64,000 nucleotides of DNA. Source: Phycisphaerales bacterium (GTDB taxonomy: Bacteria; Planctomycetota; Phycisphaerae; Phycisphaerales; UBA1924). Where the stretch lies: assembly GCA_016764895.1 (NCBI GenBank), contig JAESRA010000069.1, forward strand, positions 1,045 to 65,044, in the 5' to 3' direction. Within the stretch, counting starts at the first letter, position 1. Every line of letters starts with the position of its first letter. Below, one piece after another: positions 1-9,854 of this stretch. The notes beneath the pieces were generated by a model that saw only the letters and a program-made list of their open reading frames with translations, was not told where the DNA came from and ran no database searches. The position numbers and the translations under genes were made by a program.

Positions 1-366
1 GGCGAGACGATCAAGATGTTTGGTGATGGATCAATGAGCCGGGATTTTACCTATATCGACGACATCGTTTCTGGGATGATGGCTGCCTACGAGCGGATTG
101 ATTTACACGGGTACCGAATCTGGAATCTTGGGAGCGATCATCCGATGGAATTGCGTGAGTTGATCTCGACTGTAGAAAGTGTTGTCGGGCGTGAGGCAAT
201 CATTGATCAGCTTCCAATGCAGCCCGGGGATGTGGACCGGACATGGGCGGATCTGACGCGATCGAAAGAGGAACTTGGCTATGGAGCATGTACTTCGATC
301 CGAGAGGGGATATCGAGCCAATGGTCTTGGATGCAGAAGCACGCCGATGTGATTGGTTGCGGGTAA
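1..366 (+). CDS. NAD-dependent sugar-nucleotide epimerase/dehydratase, C-terminal fragment (5' end outside window)
   Basis: Frame 1 is open from base 1 (GETIKMFGDGSMSRDFTYIDDIVSG...). The G-x-x-x-RDFTYIDD block is typical of extended-SDR UDP-sugar 4-epimerases. Stop TAA at 364-366. Confidence 0.7.
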   Translation, partial: GETIKMFGDGSMSRDFTYIDDIVSGMMAAYERIDLHGYRIWNLGSDHPMELRELISTVESVVGREAIIDQLPMQPGDVDRTWADLTRSKEELGYGACTSIREGISSQWSWMQKHADVIGCG

Positions 367-375
367 GGATTGTTG

Positions 376-1170
376 ATGGGCTCGCAGAAACCAAGGATCC
401 GAATTTTGCGACATCTTGCTCGGACGGGTGGGACGCTGATTACCAAGTGTCTCGGTTCGATGGACAAAGTGGTGGTGCTCTCTGAGGTGCATCCGGCGGT
501 GTTGAATGCGACGGATCCGATGAAGCAGGCGGTGGAGTGGTTTGGGCTTGTGAGCAAGAAGCAGATGTTGAGGTGGCGGAATCTTCGGGGGCCGCGGTTC
601 GAGCAGTTTGTGTGGGCGTGTCATGATGCGGCCGAGTCGAGGGGGGAACATTTGGTGCTGCGGGATTGGTCGCATCTTGATTATTACGGGAAGCCATTTA
701 TTGAAAAGCCTTTGATGGGTTCTGGTCTGCGTGATTCGCTGACGGAATTATTTGAGATCATCGAGGCGTGCACGGTTCGGCATCCGATTGATCAGTATCT
801 GTCGCTGGGCAAGATCGCTGCGATTCCTGAGATAGACTGGGAGTTGTTTCTTGATGGGAATCTGGCGTTTGCAAAATATGCGTTGGAATGCGGGTTTGTG
901 CGGTATGAAGATCTGACGAGTGATCCCGATGGGAAGTTGCGGGAACTGTGCGGGATGCTGAAACTGGATTTTGATCCTAAGTACGCTCAACGATGGGCTT
1001 CGTACACGACTGTGACAGGGGACATTGGCAAGCAAGGCGGCGGACGGGGGGCGCGTGAAGTCCAGATCAAATCGTTTAAACGCAAAGCGGTTGATGAAGG
1101 GCTTGTTGAGCGGTTCCGTTCTGATGCGCGGTATCAGGAGACCTGCCAGTTGCTGGGGTACGAGGTTTAG
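376..1170 (+). CDS. putative sulfotransferase-family protein
   Basis: ATG at 376 lies 6 nt after AAGGA (the ORF track starts at TTG 370). Shows an N-terminal HLARTGGTLI (PAPS-loop-like), RHPID (3'-PB-like) and YEDLTSDPDGKLRELCGMLKLDFDP, which resembles the C-terminal block of the Sulfotransfer_3-type families. Assigned from motifs only. Confidence 0.5.
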   Translation: MGSQKPRIRILRHLARTGGTLITKCLGSMDKVVVLSEVHPAVLNATDPMKQAVEWFGLVSKKQMLRWRNLRGPRFEQFVWACHDAAESRGEHLVLRDWSHLDYYGKPFIEKPLMGSGLRDSLTELFEIIEACTVRHPIDQYLSLGKIAAIPEIDWELFLDGNLAFAKYALECGFVRYEDLTSDPDGKLRELCGMLKLDFDPKYAQRWASYTTVTGDIGKQGGGRGAREVQIKSFKRKAVDEGLVERFRSDARYQETCQLLGYEV

Positions 1171-1994
1171 CTTTCGTAGCCGAACTCGACGAGTTCATCT
1201 TTGAAGGCGGCGTTGAACTGGGCGTCGAATCCTGGAGCAATGGCAGTGAGGGATTGGTTGGATTCGCCCTTGTTCATGAAGTAGACCCCCTTGCGGGTGG
1301 CGTTGTTTGAGCCTACGAAGAGTCGTTTGGTGAGGTCGTTTGATTTATCAGTGTTTTTTTCGCGGATTTCGAGTGCGCGCATGGTGTCAAAGGAACTTGC
1401 GGTGACGGCTTGCTGGATTTGGTCATCGGTGCGGGAAATTTCAAGGAAACTCAGGATGCCTTTGAGTTGGGTTGTAGGGTCTGCTTTGAGTTCTTCGTAG
1501 CGGAGGGGCAGGACGGGGAAGCGGGTGGTGGTACGCCATGAGCGGGCGTTGGAGGCCCAGGTCCCGAAGCCCATCTTCGCAAAGTGGGGATCGCCGTGGA
1601 GTGCCATGAAGGATTTTGCGTAGTGTTTTTTGATAACCTGATTGGTGTCGCTTGAGGCGAGTTTTTGGTAGTGAATAGTGCTCAACATCACATCGCGTGG
1701 ATTGCGGATGATGTGGATGGCTTTGATGGTGCGGTCGAGTTGTGGGTGTTGGTCGGTGAGTTCAAAGTGTGTTTTGATATATGTGGGGCCAGATAGGTCT
1801 GGGTCGGTGGGGAGCTTTCGGTGGATGTCGGCGATCTTTGTGGTGACATCAATAGAGTGCTTTGGCGGGCCATAGAGCGCGGCGTAGAGCATAAAACGGA
1901 GCCAGGTGTTGCCGGATTTTGGGTAGGAGGCGAGCCAGATGATTGGTGAAGAAGGGGGCATCGGGTGTCTCGGCGAATTTATGTGGAGCACCAT
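1167..1994 (-). CDS. sulfotransferase domain protein
   Basis: SYPKSGNTWLRFML is the 5'-PSB loop and IIRNPRDVMLS the 3'-PB motif of PAPS-dependent sulfotransferases. An alternative ATG at 1961 would remove the 16-bp overlap with the upstream gene. Confidence 0.85.
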   Translation of the reverse strand: MVLHINSPRHPMPPSSPIIWLASYPKSGNTWLRFMLYAALYGPPKHSIDVTTKIADIHRKLPTDPDLSGPTYIKTHFELTDQHPQLDRTIKAIHIIRNPRDVMLSTIHYQKLASSDTNQVIKKHYAKSFMALHGDPHFAKMGFGTWASNARSWRTTTRFPVLPLRYEELKADPTTQLKGILSFLEISRTDDQIQQAVTASSFDTMRALEIREKNTDKSNDLTKRLFVGSNNATRKGVYFMNKGESNQSLTAIAPGFDAQFNAAFKDELVEFGYES

Positions 1995-3772
1995 TGCGTC
2001 CAGAGTGTACGGTATGCATCCTCGACCTTGATGGCATACGCCCTAGCGTCACAGAGCGGAGAGGTGAGGGTTTGATTGCGGAGCTCGTCGCGGGCGTCTT
2101 TACTGAGGACTCCTTGGTCGATGATTTCAAGGGCTTTGGCGATGTAGTCGGATTCGGTTGCTGCGATGAGTTCGCCGCGTCCTACAGCGGTCAGGAGCGA
2201 CGCGCTGACCCGTCCGGCATGGGTTTGTCCGAGCAATGTGAGCGTGGGGACACCCATGATGAGCGACTCGCAGGTGGTGGTGGTGCCGGTGTACGGGAAA
2301 GTGTCCAAGGCCAGGTCGAGCTCGTTGTAGGTATCAAGGTGGTCTTTGGTGGTGGGGGCAAAGGTGCGGAGATCGAGACGGGACTCGTTGATGCCTTTAT
2401 TTGCGAAGCGTTCGAGGAGTTCGGCTTTGAGTTCTTCGTTGGCGAGCTTTGGTGATTTGATCAGCAGGGTTGTGTTTGGCCGCTGGGCAAGAATTTGTGA
2501 CCAGACATTGATCGATGAATCCGAGAGTTTTTTGAGGTTATTGAATGAGCCGAGGGTGAATGGGCGGGATTCATCGGGCGATTGTGTGGGCGGGGTTTCG
2601 TGTTGAGGGGGCTGGTAGCAAAGGAAACAACCTGGGAGGCGAACAAGCGTTTCGGTCGCCAATGGATCTGCTAAAGGCTCTGGATCGGTGATGTTGTCCA
2701 CGAATCGAGCATCGATTGTCGAGAGCCCGGTGGTGTTGCCGTAGCCGATGAATGTGATTTGAATCGGGGCTGGTCGGGCGGCAAAGACTGGGAGTTTGTG
2801 TCCTGAAAAATGCCCGGTGAGTTCGATGAGGATATCGATGTTTTGTGATTTGATAAATTCTACGAGTACGGGGAGGGTCATCGCGTTGCATATATGCCAG
2901 TGGTCAGCGCATTCATTGAGCCGTTCGGTGACTTGATCTCTGTGGGACGAAGCAGTGAAGATGTGGGTTTCAAATTTGGTTTTGTTGGTGTTCTGGAGGA
3001 TTGGTTCTAGGAAGTAGGTGATTGAGTGTCGATGGAAATCGCCTGAGATATAGCCGATTTTGAGTTTCCGGTCTGGGTCTTTGGGGTTGGTGTGTTTGGT
3101 TGCTGGGCGGATGTGTGCTTCGAGTTGTGAGCCGTAGTCTTTGTGGGCTTGGAATGCTTGTTGTGGAGATTTGGTATCGTCGTATGAATGGGCAAGAGCA
3201 AATAGGTCCAGCACTGCTGGGTGGTTGCGGATTTCAGGTGGTGCTGAGTCCAGGATTTCTATTGCGCGGTGGGCGTGGGTGGTGTCGAGTTCTAGGAGCG
3301 CGCAGTTGACAACGGGTTCGGGGAGATTTGGGGATGAGTCACGGACTTGTTTGAGTGTCTTTCTGGCCGCGGCGTATTGCCCGAGTTCTGATTGCGTGGT
3401 GCCCAGACCTGATAGGGCTCCGGGGTGGTCTGGCTGGACAGCAAGGGCCTGCCGATAGAGATCGAGTGCTTTGGTGTGATCCGAAGCGAGCGCGTGGAGG
3501 GATGCGAGTGTGGCGATAGCGTCTGCATTTTGTGGGTCGAGTTTGATTGCGGTGTTCGCGTGATACAGCGCTCGGTCTTGCTGATCGGTCGCTGCTGCGA
3601 TCATGGCGGCCAGTGTGTGGGCGTGAGAAGATTTCGGGCTCTTGACCAAGAGACGCGCCGCTAGAGGCCCGGCTTTGTCGAACTGGCCTTGCTGATAGAG
3701 GGCGTAGATTTCCTTGATCTGTGCGAGCAGGCGGTTGTGCTTTGCGGCTGTCTGTGGCGATCGTTTATTCAT
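1979..3772 (-). CDS. TPR-repeat protein with C-terminal GT41 (O-GlcNAc transferase / SPINDLY-like) glycosyltransferase domain
   Basis: The N-terminal ~200 aa are TPR-like helices (ALDLYRQALAVQPDHPGAL...). The C-terminal part carries IGYISGDFHRHSITYFLEPIL and GVPTLTLLGQTHAGRVSASLL, typical of bacterial SPINDLY-family GT41 enzymes. Its start overlaps the dxr stop by 4 bp. Confidence 0.8.
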   Translation of the reverse strand: MNKRSPQTAAKHNRLLAQIKEIYALYQQGQFDKAGPLAARLLVKSPKSSHAHTLAAMIAAATDQQDRALYHANTAIKLDPQNADAIATLASLHALASDHTKALDLYRQALAVQPDHPGALSGLGTTQSELGQYAAARKTLKQVRDSSPNLPEPVVNCALLELDTTHAHRAIEILDSAPPEIRNHPAVLDLFALAHSYDDTKSPQQAFQAHKDYGSQLEAHIRPATKHTNPKDPDRKLKIGYISGDFHRHSITYFLEPILQNTNKTKFETHIFTASSHRDQVTERLNECADHWHICNAMTLPVLVEFIKSQNIDILIELTGHFSGHKLPVFAARPAPIQITFIGYGNTTGLSTIDARFVDNITDPEPLADPLATETLVRLPGCFLCYQPPQHETPPTQSPDESRPFTLGSFNNLKKLSDSSINVWSQILAQRPNTTLLIKSPKLANEELKAELLERFANKGINESRLDLRTFAPTTKDHLDTYNELDLALDTFPYTGTTTTCESLIMGVPTLTLLGQTHAGRVSASLLTAVGRGELIAATESDYIAKALEIIDQGVLSKDARDELRNQTLTSPLCDARAYAIKVEDAYRTLWTQWCST

Positions 3773-5022
3773 GGAGTGGCCGCCGTGTTTGAGTTGATGA
3801 GTTCAGTCGCGATTGCTCTGGCTTGGGCATGAATACCAAGAACAGATTCGAGCGAATCGGCGGGGCAATGGTCGAATCTCTCTAAAGTATTTTGGACGAT
3901 TGCAGTGATGGTCCCGAAAGCAATCTGCTTCTTGAGGAAAGCCTCAACAGCCGCTTCGTTGGCGGCATTGAGAACAGCCCCGGAACTGCTACCGGCCTTG
4001 ATAACCTCTTGAGCCATATTGATCGCGGGGAAGCGCAGTGGATCGACTGGCTGGAAGTCCAGCGATCCGATGGCCGTCAGATCAAGGGGTCGTGTTTGCG
4101 AGGTGGCCCGGTGTGGGTGGGTCAAAGCGTGCTGGATTGGGCACCGCATATCTGTTGGGCCCATGTGCGCCAGGACTGAACCATCAACGGTTTCAACGAT
4201 TGCGTGAACAGTGGATTGCGGATGGATCACCGCATCGAGTTGGTCGGCACTTAACCCAAAGAGCCAGTGGGCCTCGACGAGTTCGAGGGCTTTGTTCATA
4301 AGGGTGGCGCTGTCGATGGACACTTTTTTGCCCATTGTCCATGTCGGGTGGTTCAGGGCTTGCTCGACCGTGGCATCCTGAACCTCTGCAAGCGATCTAC
4401 CTCTAAATGGCCCGCCCGATGCGGTGAGTGTCACGCGCCGGATTGATTCTGGCGGCGCAGATGGCGGCGCGTACTGGGGGCCTTCTAGCGAGAGCAGGCA
4501 TTGCCAGAGCCCGGCGTGCTCTGAATCAACGGGGTAGATTTTCGCGCCGGATTGAAAGAGTGCATCGGTCACGATCTTCCCGCCGGCTACCAGAGATTCT
4601 TTGTTGGCCAGCGCGATGTTGATGCCGAGTTGCGCGGCCCGGAGGGTTGACGAGAGCCCCGCGATCCCGACGATTGCGCCGATGACAAGATCGGGCCTGG
4701 TATCTTCGACGAGCCGTACCGGGGCGTCTTGGCCGCGGGTGAGCAGGGCGGGGCTAAGTCCGCTTTGGTCAGCGGCGGGATTGCAGAGGCCAAGGGCCGC
4801 GCCAGGATGCACGCCAGATTGTTGGGCGAGCTTAGAAGCACTTTCATGAGCGCACAAAGCGACGACCTCATATCGGGTCGGGTGGCGGCCTTGTGCGTTG
4901 AGCGCGTTGAGGTGCCCGATGGTGTCGAGGGCTTGGGTGCCTATCGAACCTGTAGAGCCGAGGATAGCGACCCGGAGAATCGCGGGTGCAGGCGGGGCTG
5001 GATTGCTCGGGTCTGCGGGCAT
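3769..5022 (-). CDS. dxr: 1-deoxy-D-xylulose 5-phosphate reductoisomerase
   Basis: ILGSTGSIGTQALD (NADPH loop), ANKESLV, DSEHAGLWQCL and NHPTWTMGKKVSIDSATLMNKALELVEAHWLF are all hallmark Dxr blocks. Confidence 0.95.
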   Translation of the reverse strand: MPADPSNPAPPAPAILRVAILGSTGSIGTQALDTIGHLNALNAQGRHPTRYEVVALCAHESASKLAQQSGVHPGAALGLCNPAADQSGLSPALLTRGQDAPVRLVEDTRPDLVIGAIVGIAGLSSTLRAAQLGINIALANKESLVAGGKIVTDALFQSGAKIYPVDSEHAGLWQCLLSLEGPQYAPPSAPPESIRRVTLTASGGPFRGRSLAEVQDATVEQALNHPTWTMGKKVSIDSATLMNKALELVEAHWLFGLSADQLDAVIHPQSTVHAIVETVDGSVLAHMGPTDMRCPIQHALTHPHRATSQTRPLDLTAIGSLDFQPVDPLRFPAINMAQEVIKAGSSSGAVLNAANEAAVEAFLKKQIAFGTITAIVQNTLERFDHCPADSLESVLGIHAQARAIATELINSNTAATP

Positions 5023-5028
5023 CTGGAC

Positions 5029-7767
5029 TTATATATCACGGTCGATTGCGGCGACTTCGGCACTGGAGAGCTTCCTGCGTCCGCCGGAATACAAACCCCT
5101 TCGGCGCGGTTTAGGCTCGGCGACAGGTTCGGCCTTGGGCTTAGGCTTTGACTCAGGTTTCGACTCTGGCCTTGATGAAGAGTTCGAACCCTCGGTGCTT
5201 TGCGTAGCAGAATCAGATTGTGATCGGCCCCGACCGCCGCGACGGCGACGGCGTTTCTTTTTGACAGGCTCGCCATTCTCATCGAGTTCTGGTTTGGACT
5301 CCGGTTCCCCGGAGGTTCTCTCTCTGGGCTTGCCAGAGTTCTCGGATCTTGATCTGTTGTCCGTTTTATTTTCCGCGTTGTCATCAGAGCCGGCTGCTGG
5401 TGTGCTTTGGCTTCCGGCATCTCCTTCGGATCGTCCGCGACCACGGCGCCGGCGCCGGCGTTTCTTGTTGACCGGATTACCATTCTCATCTACGAGCGGC
5501 GAGGAATCATCAATCGGGAGATCAGCTTTCTCGACCAGTTCGGCCTTACGCGCGAAATCTTCTGCAAGTTTGAGGACCGTGGATTCATCGCTTTCTTCGG
5601 TGATGTCGATTGCCCATCCAGAATCATCGGTGTCGATCTGAGACCATTCGACAACACTAGGCCTTGGCTTGGTCATCTTGGCGAGTTTTTCGGTGTCAAG
5701 ATCGTTGCCGTTGGCTTCATACGCATAGAGCGCAAAGCGATCCATCGGGAGCGAATCAGAGACACGAACATCGACCGCTTTGCCCGAACTGAGTTCAACA
5801 CGGATCAGCGATGAGCGGCGCGTTGAGAGCAGTTCAGAAGCGACTCGCGGATTGACCACAAGCTCGGCGTGGTGGACACTTTTGTGATCAACCAGCGCAG
5901 CCAAGTCTCGGAGAGCTGTGTCGGCAACCGAACCAGGACGCTGAACCAGCCCGCGACCACGGCAGGTCGGGCAATCAGCGAAGTGTTGTGATTCCATCGA
6001 GCCACGCATACGCTGGCGGGTCATTTCCAAGAGCCCAAACTCAGAGATCGAGGTGACAGAGGTCTTGGCCCGGTCGCGTTTGAGTCGCTCTATAAAGCGG
6101 TTCTCGATATCTCTTCGGTGCGACATGTACCGCATATCGATCAAGTCATTGACAACCAACCCGCCGAGGTCTCTCAGGCGGAGCTGGCGGCAAATGGCAT
6201 CGACTGCCTCAAGATTTGTCCTGTACGCATTGGTCTCCGCATCTTTGGCGCCGCGGCTCTTGCCGGAGTTGACATCGATGGCAACCAATGCTTCGGTTTG
6301 GTCGATGACGAGGCGTCCGCCGGAGGGGAGGACAACCTCTCGCGCGTGGATATCTTCGATTTGGCGCTCGATATCAAACGCGTGGAAGATCGGCGCGGTA
6401 CCGACATAGTGGGCGAGTTTGGCGTGCGATCGCGGAGCGGCGATCTTGACAAACCGGGCGACGCGTTTAAGGGCGGCCTCAGAGTCAATAACAACGCGGT
6501 CCATGTCCGATGAGAGCAAGTCACGGACAGTGCGGACCAGTAGGTCAGATTCTGAGTAGAGCAAGCGGGGTTTTCTGCCTCCCTTGCGTCGTTGTTCCAT
6601 GTCGGACCAGAGCCGCTGGAGGTAAGCCAGGTCACGCTTGAGTTCGGTTTTGTTGCGGTCAAATCCTGCTGTGCGGAGGATAAATCCGAACCCGTCCGGG
6701 AGATCGAGCGTGTTGAGCACTTTCTTGGCGGCTTTGCGTTTGTCGTCATCTTCTTCTTTGCGAGAGACACCAACTTTATCCATCCCAGGCATCATCACAA
6801 GGAAGCGGCCAGGGATCGAAAGGTACGAAGTCAGCGAGGGGCCTTTGGTTCCCACGCCTTCTTTGAGGACCTGAACAGTGATCTCTTGCCCTCGCTTGAG
6901 GCAATCTTGGATCGGTGGACGCTCACGGTGCGGCGTTTTCTTGCCGACGCGTTCGGTTTTATCTTCCCCCTTGGCAAAGTACTGCGGGTGAATGTCGGAG
7001 ATATGGAGGAAGCCATTAAACTCCGTCCCAAAGTCAATGAACGCGGCCTGGATAGACGCCTCGACATTGGTGACCCGGCCAACATAAATATTGCTGACAC
7101 GAGAGACCTTGTTGGTGTTCTCGGAGAACACATCTTCGAGTTGCCCGTCTTCAACGATCGCGATCCGGCAGTCTTCGCCGGGGACATAGTTGACGATCAT
7201 TTCGGTATAGGGGCGTTTCTCTTCGGCTTTGGGCTTGGTCTTTGGATTGGAGGCCGACCTAGAAACCGGCTTGGCATCTCGCTTGGCACCGGACTTGTCA
7301 TCGAACTTGTCACCTGACTTGGCATCAGGATTGGATTCATCGAAATTTCTGGTAGACGCTGCCTTGGAGGTCCTCTTAGAAGATCTCCGGCGTGTTCTCT
7401 TCGGGGCCTGGGCTTCTTGGGTCTGGGCATCGTCGGTCTGGGATTCAGCGGGCTGATCCTGATCGGATGCCTCTACGGCAACAGTTTCGCTGGCGACATC
7501 GTCAACGGCTGTTTCTTCGGCAGCCTCTTTGGTAGCCGTCTTCTTGGTTGTTTTTTTGGTGACCTTCTTCTTGGTCGTCTTTTTCGTAGTCTTCTTTGAA
7601 GCCGCTTTCTTGGCGGCGGGCTTCTTGACTACTTTCTTAGTCGTCTTTTTAGTCGTTTTCTTGGTTGTTTTCTTGGTTGTTTTTTTACGAGTGACTTTCT
7701 TCTTCGTAGTTTCTGGAGTGGATTCAGATTCAGCGGATGCTGCAGTGTCTTTGGGTTCGTCGGTCAT
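5029..7767 (-). CDS. rne: ribonuclease E/G family endoribonuclease (RNase E-like, with basic low-complexity termini)
   Basis: S1 domain NIYVGRVTNVEASIQAAFIDFG, catalytic core LVAIDVNSGK...ETNLEAV and the Zn-link CPTCRGRG. The N-terminus is (KKTT)n-rich. The C-terminus has two DENG-x-PV-KKRRRRR-GRGRS modules. Confidence 0.9.
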   Translation of the reverse strand: MTDEPKDTAASAESESTPETTKKKVTRKKTTKKTTKKTTKKTTKKVVKKPAAKKAASKKTTKKTTKKKVTKKTTKKTATKEAAEETAVDDVASETVAVEASDQDQPAESQTDDAQTQEAQAPKRTRRRSSKRTSKAASTRNFDESNPDAKSGDKFDDKSGAKRDAKPVSRSASNPKTKPKAEEKRPYTEMIVNYVPGEDCRIAIVEDGQLEDVFSENTNKVSRVSNIYVGRVTNVEASIQAAFIDFGTEFNGFLHISDIHPQYFAKGEDKTERVGKKTPHRERPPIQDCLKRGQEITVQVLKEGVGTKGPSLTSYLSIPGRFLVMMPGMDKVGVSRKEEDDDKRKAAKKVLNTLDLPDGFGFILRTAGFDRNKTELKRDLAYLQRLWSDMEQRRKGGRKPRLLYSESDLLVRTVRDLLSSDMDRVVIDSEAALKRVARFVKIAAPRSHAKLAHYVGTAPIFHAFDIERQIEDIHAREVVLPSGGRLVIDQTEALVAIDVNSGKSRGAKDAETNAYRTNLEAVDAICRQLRLRDLGGLVVNDLIDMRYMSHRRDIENRFIERLKRDRAKTSVTSISEFGLLEMTRQRMRGSMESQHFADCPTCRGRGLVQRPGSVADTALRDLAALVDHKSVHHAELVVNPRVASELLSTRRSSLIRVELSSGKAVDVRVSDSLPMDRFALYAYEANGNDLDTEKLAKMTKPRPSVVEWSQIDTDDSGWAIDITEESDESTVLKLAEDFARKAELVEKADLPIDDSSPLVDENGNPVNKKRRRRRRGRGRSEGDAGSQSTPAAGSDDNAENKTDNRSRSENSGKPRERTSGEPESKPELDENGEPVKKKRRRRRGGRGRSQSDSATQSTEGSNSSSRPESKPESKPKPKAEPVAEPKPRRRGLYSGGRRKLSSAEVAAIDRDI

Positions 7768-8093
7768 AGATAGATTCCTGAGTCGTAAACGAAGGGAGCG
7801 TATTTGTAGAATGCAAGGCGACTGGTTGGTCGATCAGCGGGCATCGCGATGGCGATGCTGAATCATCCGTGAAGGTGATTGGTGTGATCGGGTTGGTCAG
7901 GCGCGTGCGGTTTTTCAAACGCTTCGCTCGCTCACTGGTTATGCGCGGTGCGTGTCGGGCTGGGCTGGGAAAGCCATCTTCGTCGCGGGGCCGGTCTGGG
8001 ATGTTTCATTGCTGAAAGACATCAGAGCGGCTGGCGGAGGGCGTGTCCCGGCGGCGCGAGTATGCACACGGCGCGGTGGTTTGGTACCGAGGA

Positions 8094-9854
8094 TCAGAAG
8101 ACGGAACGGCCGTCGAAGACCTCGGGGATTATTTTGCGGAGCCGATTGAACACATAGCTCGAAGATTCGGCTTCGGAATCGAACCCGATCGCTCGTTTGG
8201 CGATCCGTTCGCATCGTTTGGAATCGAGTCCTCTGATCGCCCTTTTGAGGAGCGGGAGGCTCGATGCCGTTACTGAGAGGGTACGCACGCCCAAACCGAT
8301 CAGCAACGCGGCAAAGGCGGGATCTGCTGCAGATTGACCACAGCAAGAGACAGGGATGTCTCTTTTACGCCCTGCGCGGGCCACATCGCGGACCAAACGC
8401 AGGACAGCCGGGTGAATCGGTGTATATAACGACGCCACCCGTTCATTGGTTCGGTCTACTGCGAGGGTATATTGAACAAGGTCGTTGGTTCCGATAGAGA
8501 AAAAGTCCACTTCTCGCGCAAAAGCGGACGCCATAAGGGCTGCGGCCGGGACCTCGACCATCATTCCGACCTCAATGTTCGGGTTATATTCAATACCATC
8601 CTCGGCGAGTTCTTCCATCTCTTCGTTGAGAAAATAGCGTGCCGAGCGGAACTCGCTGATGTTGGTAATCAACGGGAACATGACCTTCACAGGGCCCAGG
8701 GCACTGGCGCGGAGGATGGCTCTGAGCTGCGTGCGGAACATTTTTTGGTTCTGGAGGGAGTACCGGATCGAGCGGAGCCCCAAGAATGGGTTGCGTTCTG
8801 GGGTTTCTTCTTGCTGCTGGGTGTATTTGTCGGCCCCGAGGTCGATGGTGCGGATGGTCAGGGGCTTGCCATCGAGCATGTCGATGCACTGTTTGTAGGC
8901 GTTGAAATGATCTTCTTCGGTTGGGAGAGTATTGCCTGTGAGGTAGAGGAACTCGGTGCGGAAGAGCCCGACACCCTGGCCCCCGTCATCGAGAAGGCGG
9001 GTGATCTCGTCAGCAAACTCGATGTTGCCCAGGAGCTCAATCTCAACGCCATCGGTGGTGATGGCGGGCAGATTAGCAAGCTCGTGGAGCGATATCCGGG
9101 CTTCTTCGGCGGATTGGATCAGTGCCTTGTACTGAGTGATGGTTTCCTCGTCTGGATCGAGGATGATGGTGCCCTTGTTTCCATCGACGATAATGTCTTG
9201 TCCGTCATGGCATTGGGCGGTGATATTACTTGTACCCACCACAGCCGGCAATGACAAGGCCCCGGCAACGATCGCGGTGTGGGAGGTGCGTCCGCCGAGA
9301 TCGGTGACAAATCCGATGATGTGGTGCCGATGAAAGCCTGCGGTCTGGGTGGGGGTCAGGTCTCTGGCCACGATGATCGTGTTCTCTCCGACTTGCGAGA
9401 GCGAGGCGGCGGACTTGCCGCTGAGTTTGCGGATGAGCCTAGAAGCGAGGTCACGGAGGTCATCAACCTTGGACTGGAAGGTGGAATCTGGGTGCTTTGC
9501 GAACCGGTCGGCGAGTTTTTTGAGGGTAAAGCTGGTGGCGTATTCGGGGGTGACATGGTCATCCCCGATCATCGAGCGGATGGGTTTGAGAATGGTTGGG
9601 TCGTTGAGGGCGCCGATGTGGAAGAGGAAGATTTTGGCTGCTTCTGTGCCCATTTCGCCGGTGGATTCTTCGTGAAGCGCGTCGAGATCAGCGATTGCCG
9701 CCATTCTTGCGAGTTCGAAGCGTTCGAGTTGTGCGGGTGCGTCTTGGGCGTTGATTGCCTGGGGACCAACCCGGAAAGAACGGTCTTCCTCCAATAGATA
9801 GACACGCCCGATGACGAGTCCTTTAGAAACCGGGATGCCTGTAATTCGTTTCAT
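8094..9854 (-). CDS. ptsI: phosphoenolpyruvate-protein phosphotransferase (PTS enzyme I)
   Basis: GGRTSHTAIVAGAL (phospho-His loop), GLFRTEFLY and FFSIGTNDLVQYTLAVDR are canonical EI motifs. Confidence 0.95.
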   Translation of the reverse strand: MKRITGIPVSKGLVIGRVYLLEEDRSFRVGPQAINAQDAPAQLERFELARMAAIADLDALHEESTGEMGTEAAKIFLFHIGALNDPTILKPIRSMIGDDHVTPEYATSFTLKKLADRFAKHPDSTFQSKVDDLRDLASRLIRKLSGKSAASLSQVGENTIIVARDLTPTQTAGFHRHHIIGFVTDLGGRTSHTAIVAGALSLPAVVGTSNITAQCHDGQDIIVDGNKGTIILDPDEETITQYKALIQSAEEARISLHELANLPAITTDGVEIELLGNIEFADEITRLLDDGGQGVGLFRTEFLYLTGNTLPTEEDHFNAYKQCIDMLDGKPLTIRTIDLGADKYTQQQEETPERNPFLGLRSIRYSLQNQKMFRTQLRAILRASALGPVKVMFPLITNISEFRSARYFLNEEMEELAEDGIEYNPNIEVGMMVEVPAAALMASAFAREVDFFSIGTNDLVQYTLAVDRTNERVASLYTPIHPAVLRLVRDVARAGRKRDIPVSCCGQSAADPAFAALLIGLGVRTLSVTASSLPLLKRAIRGLDSKRCERIAKRAIGFDSEAESSSYVFNRLRKIIPEVFDGRSVF

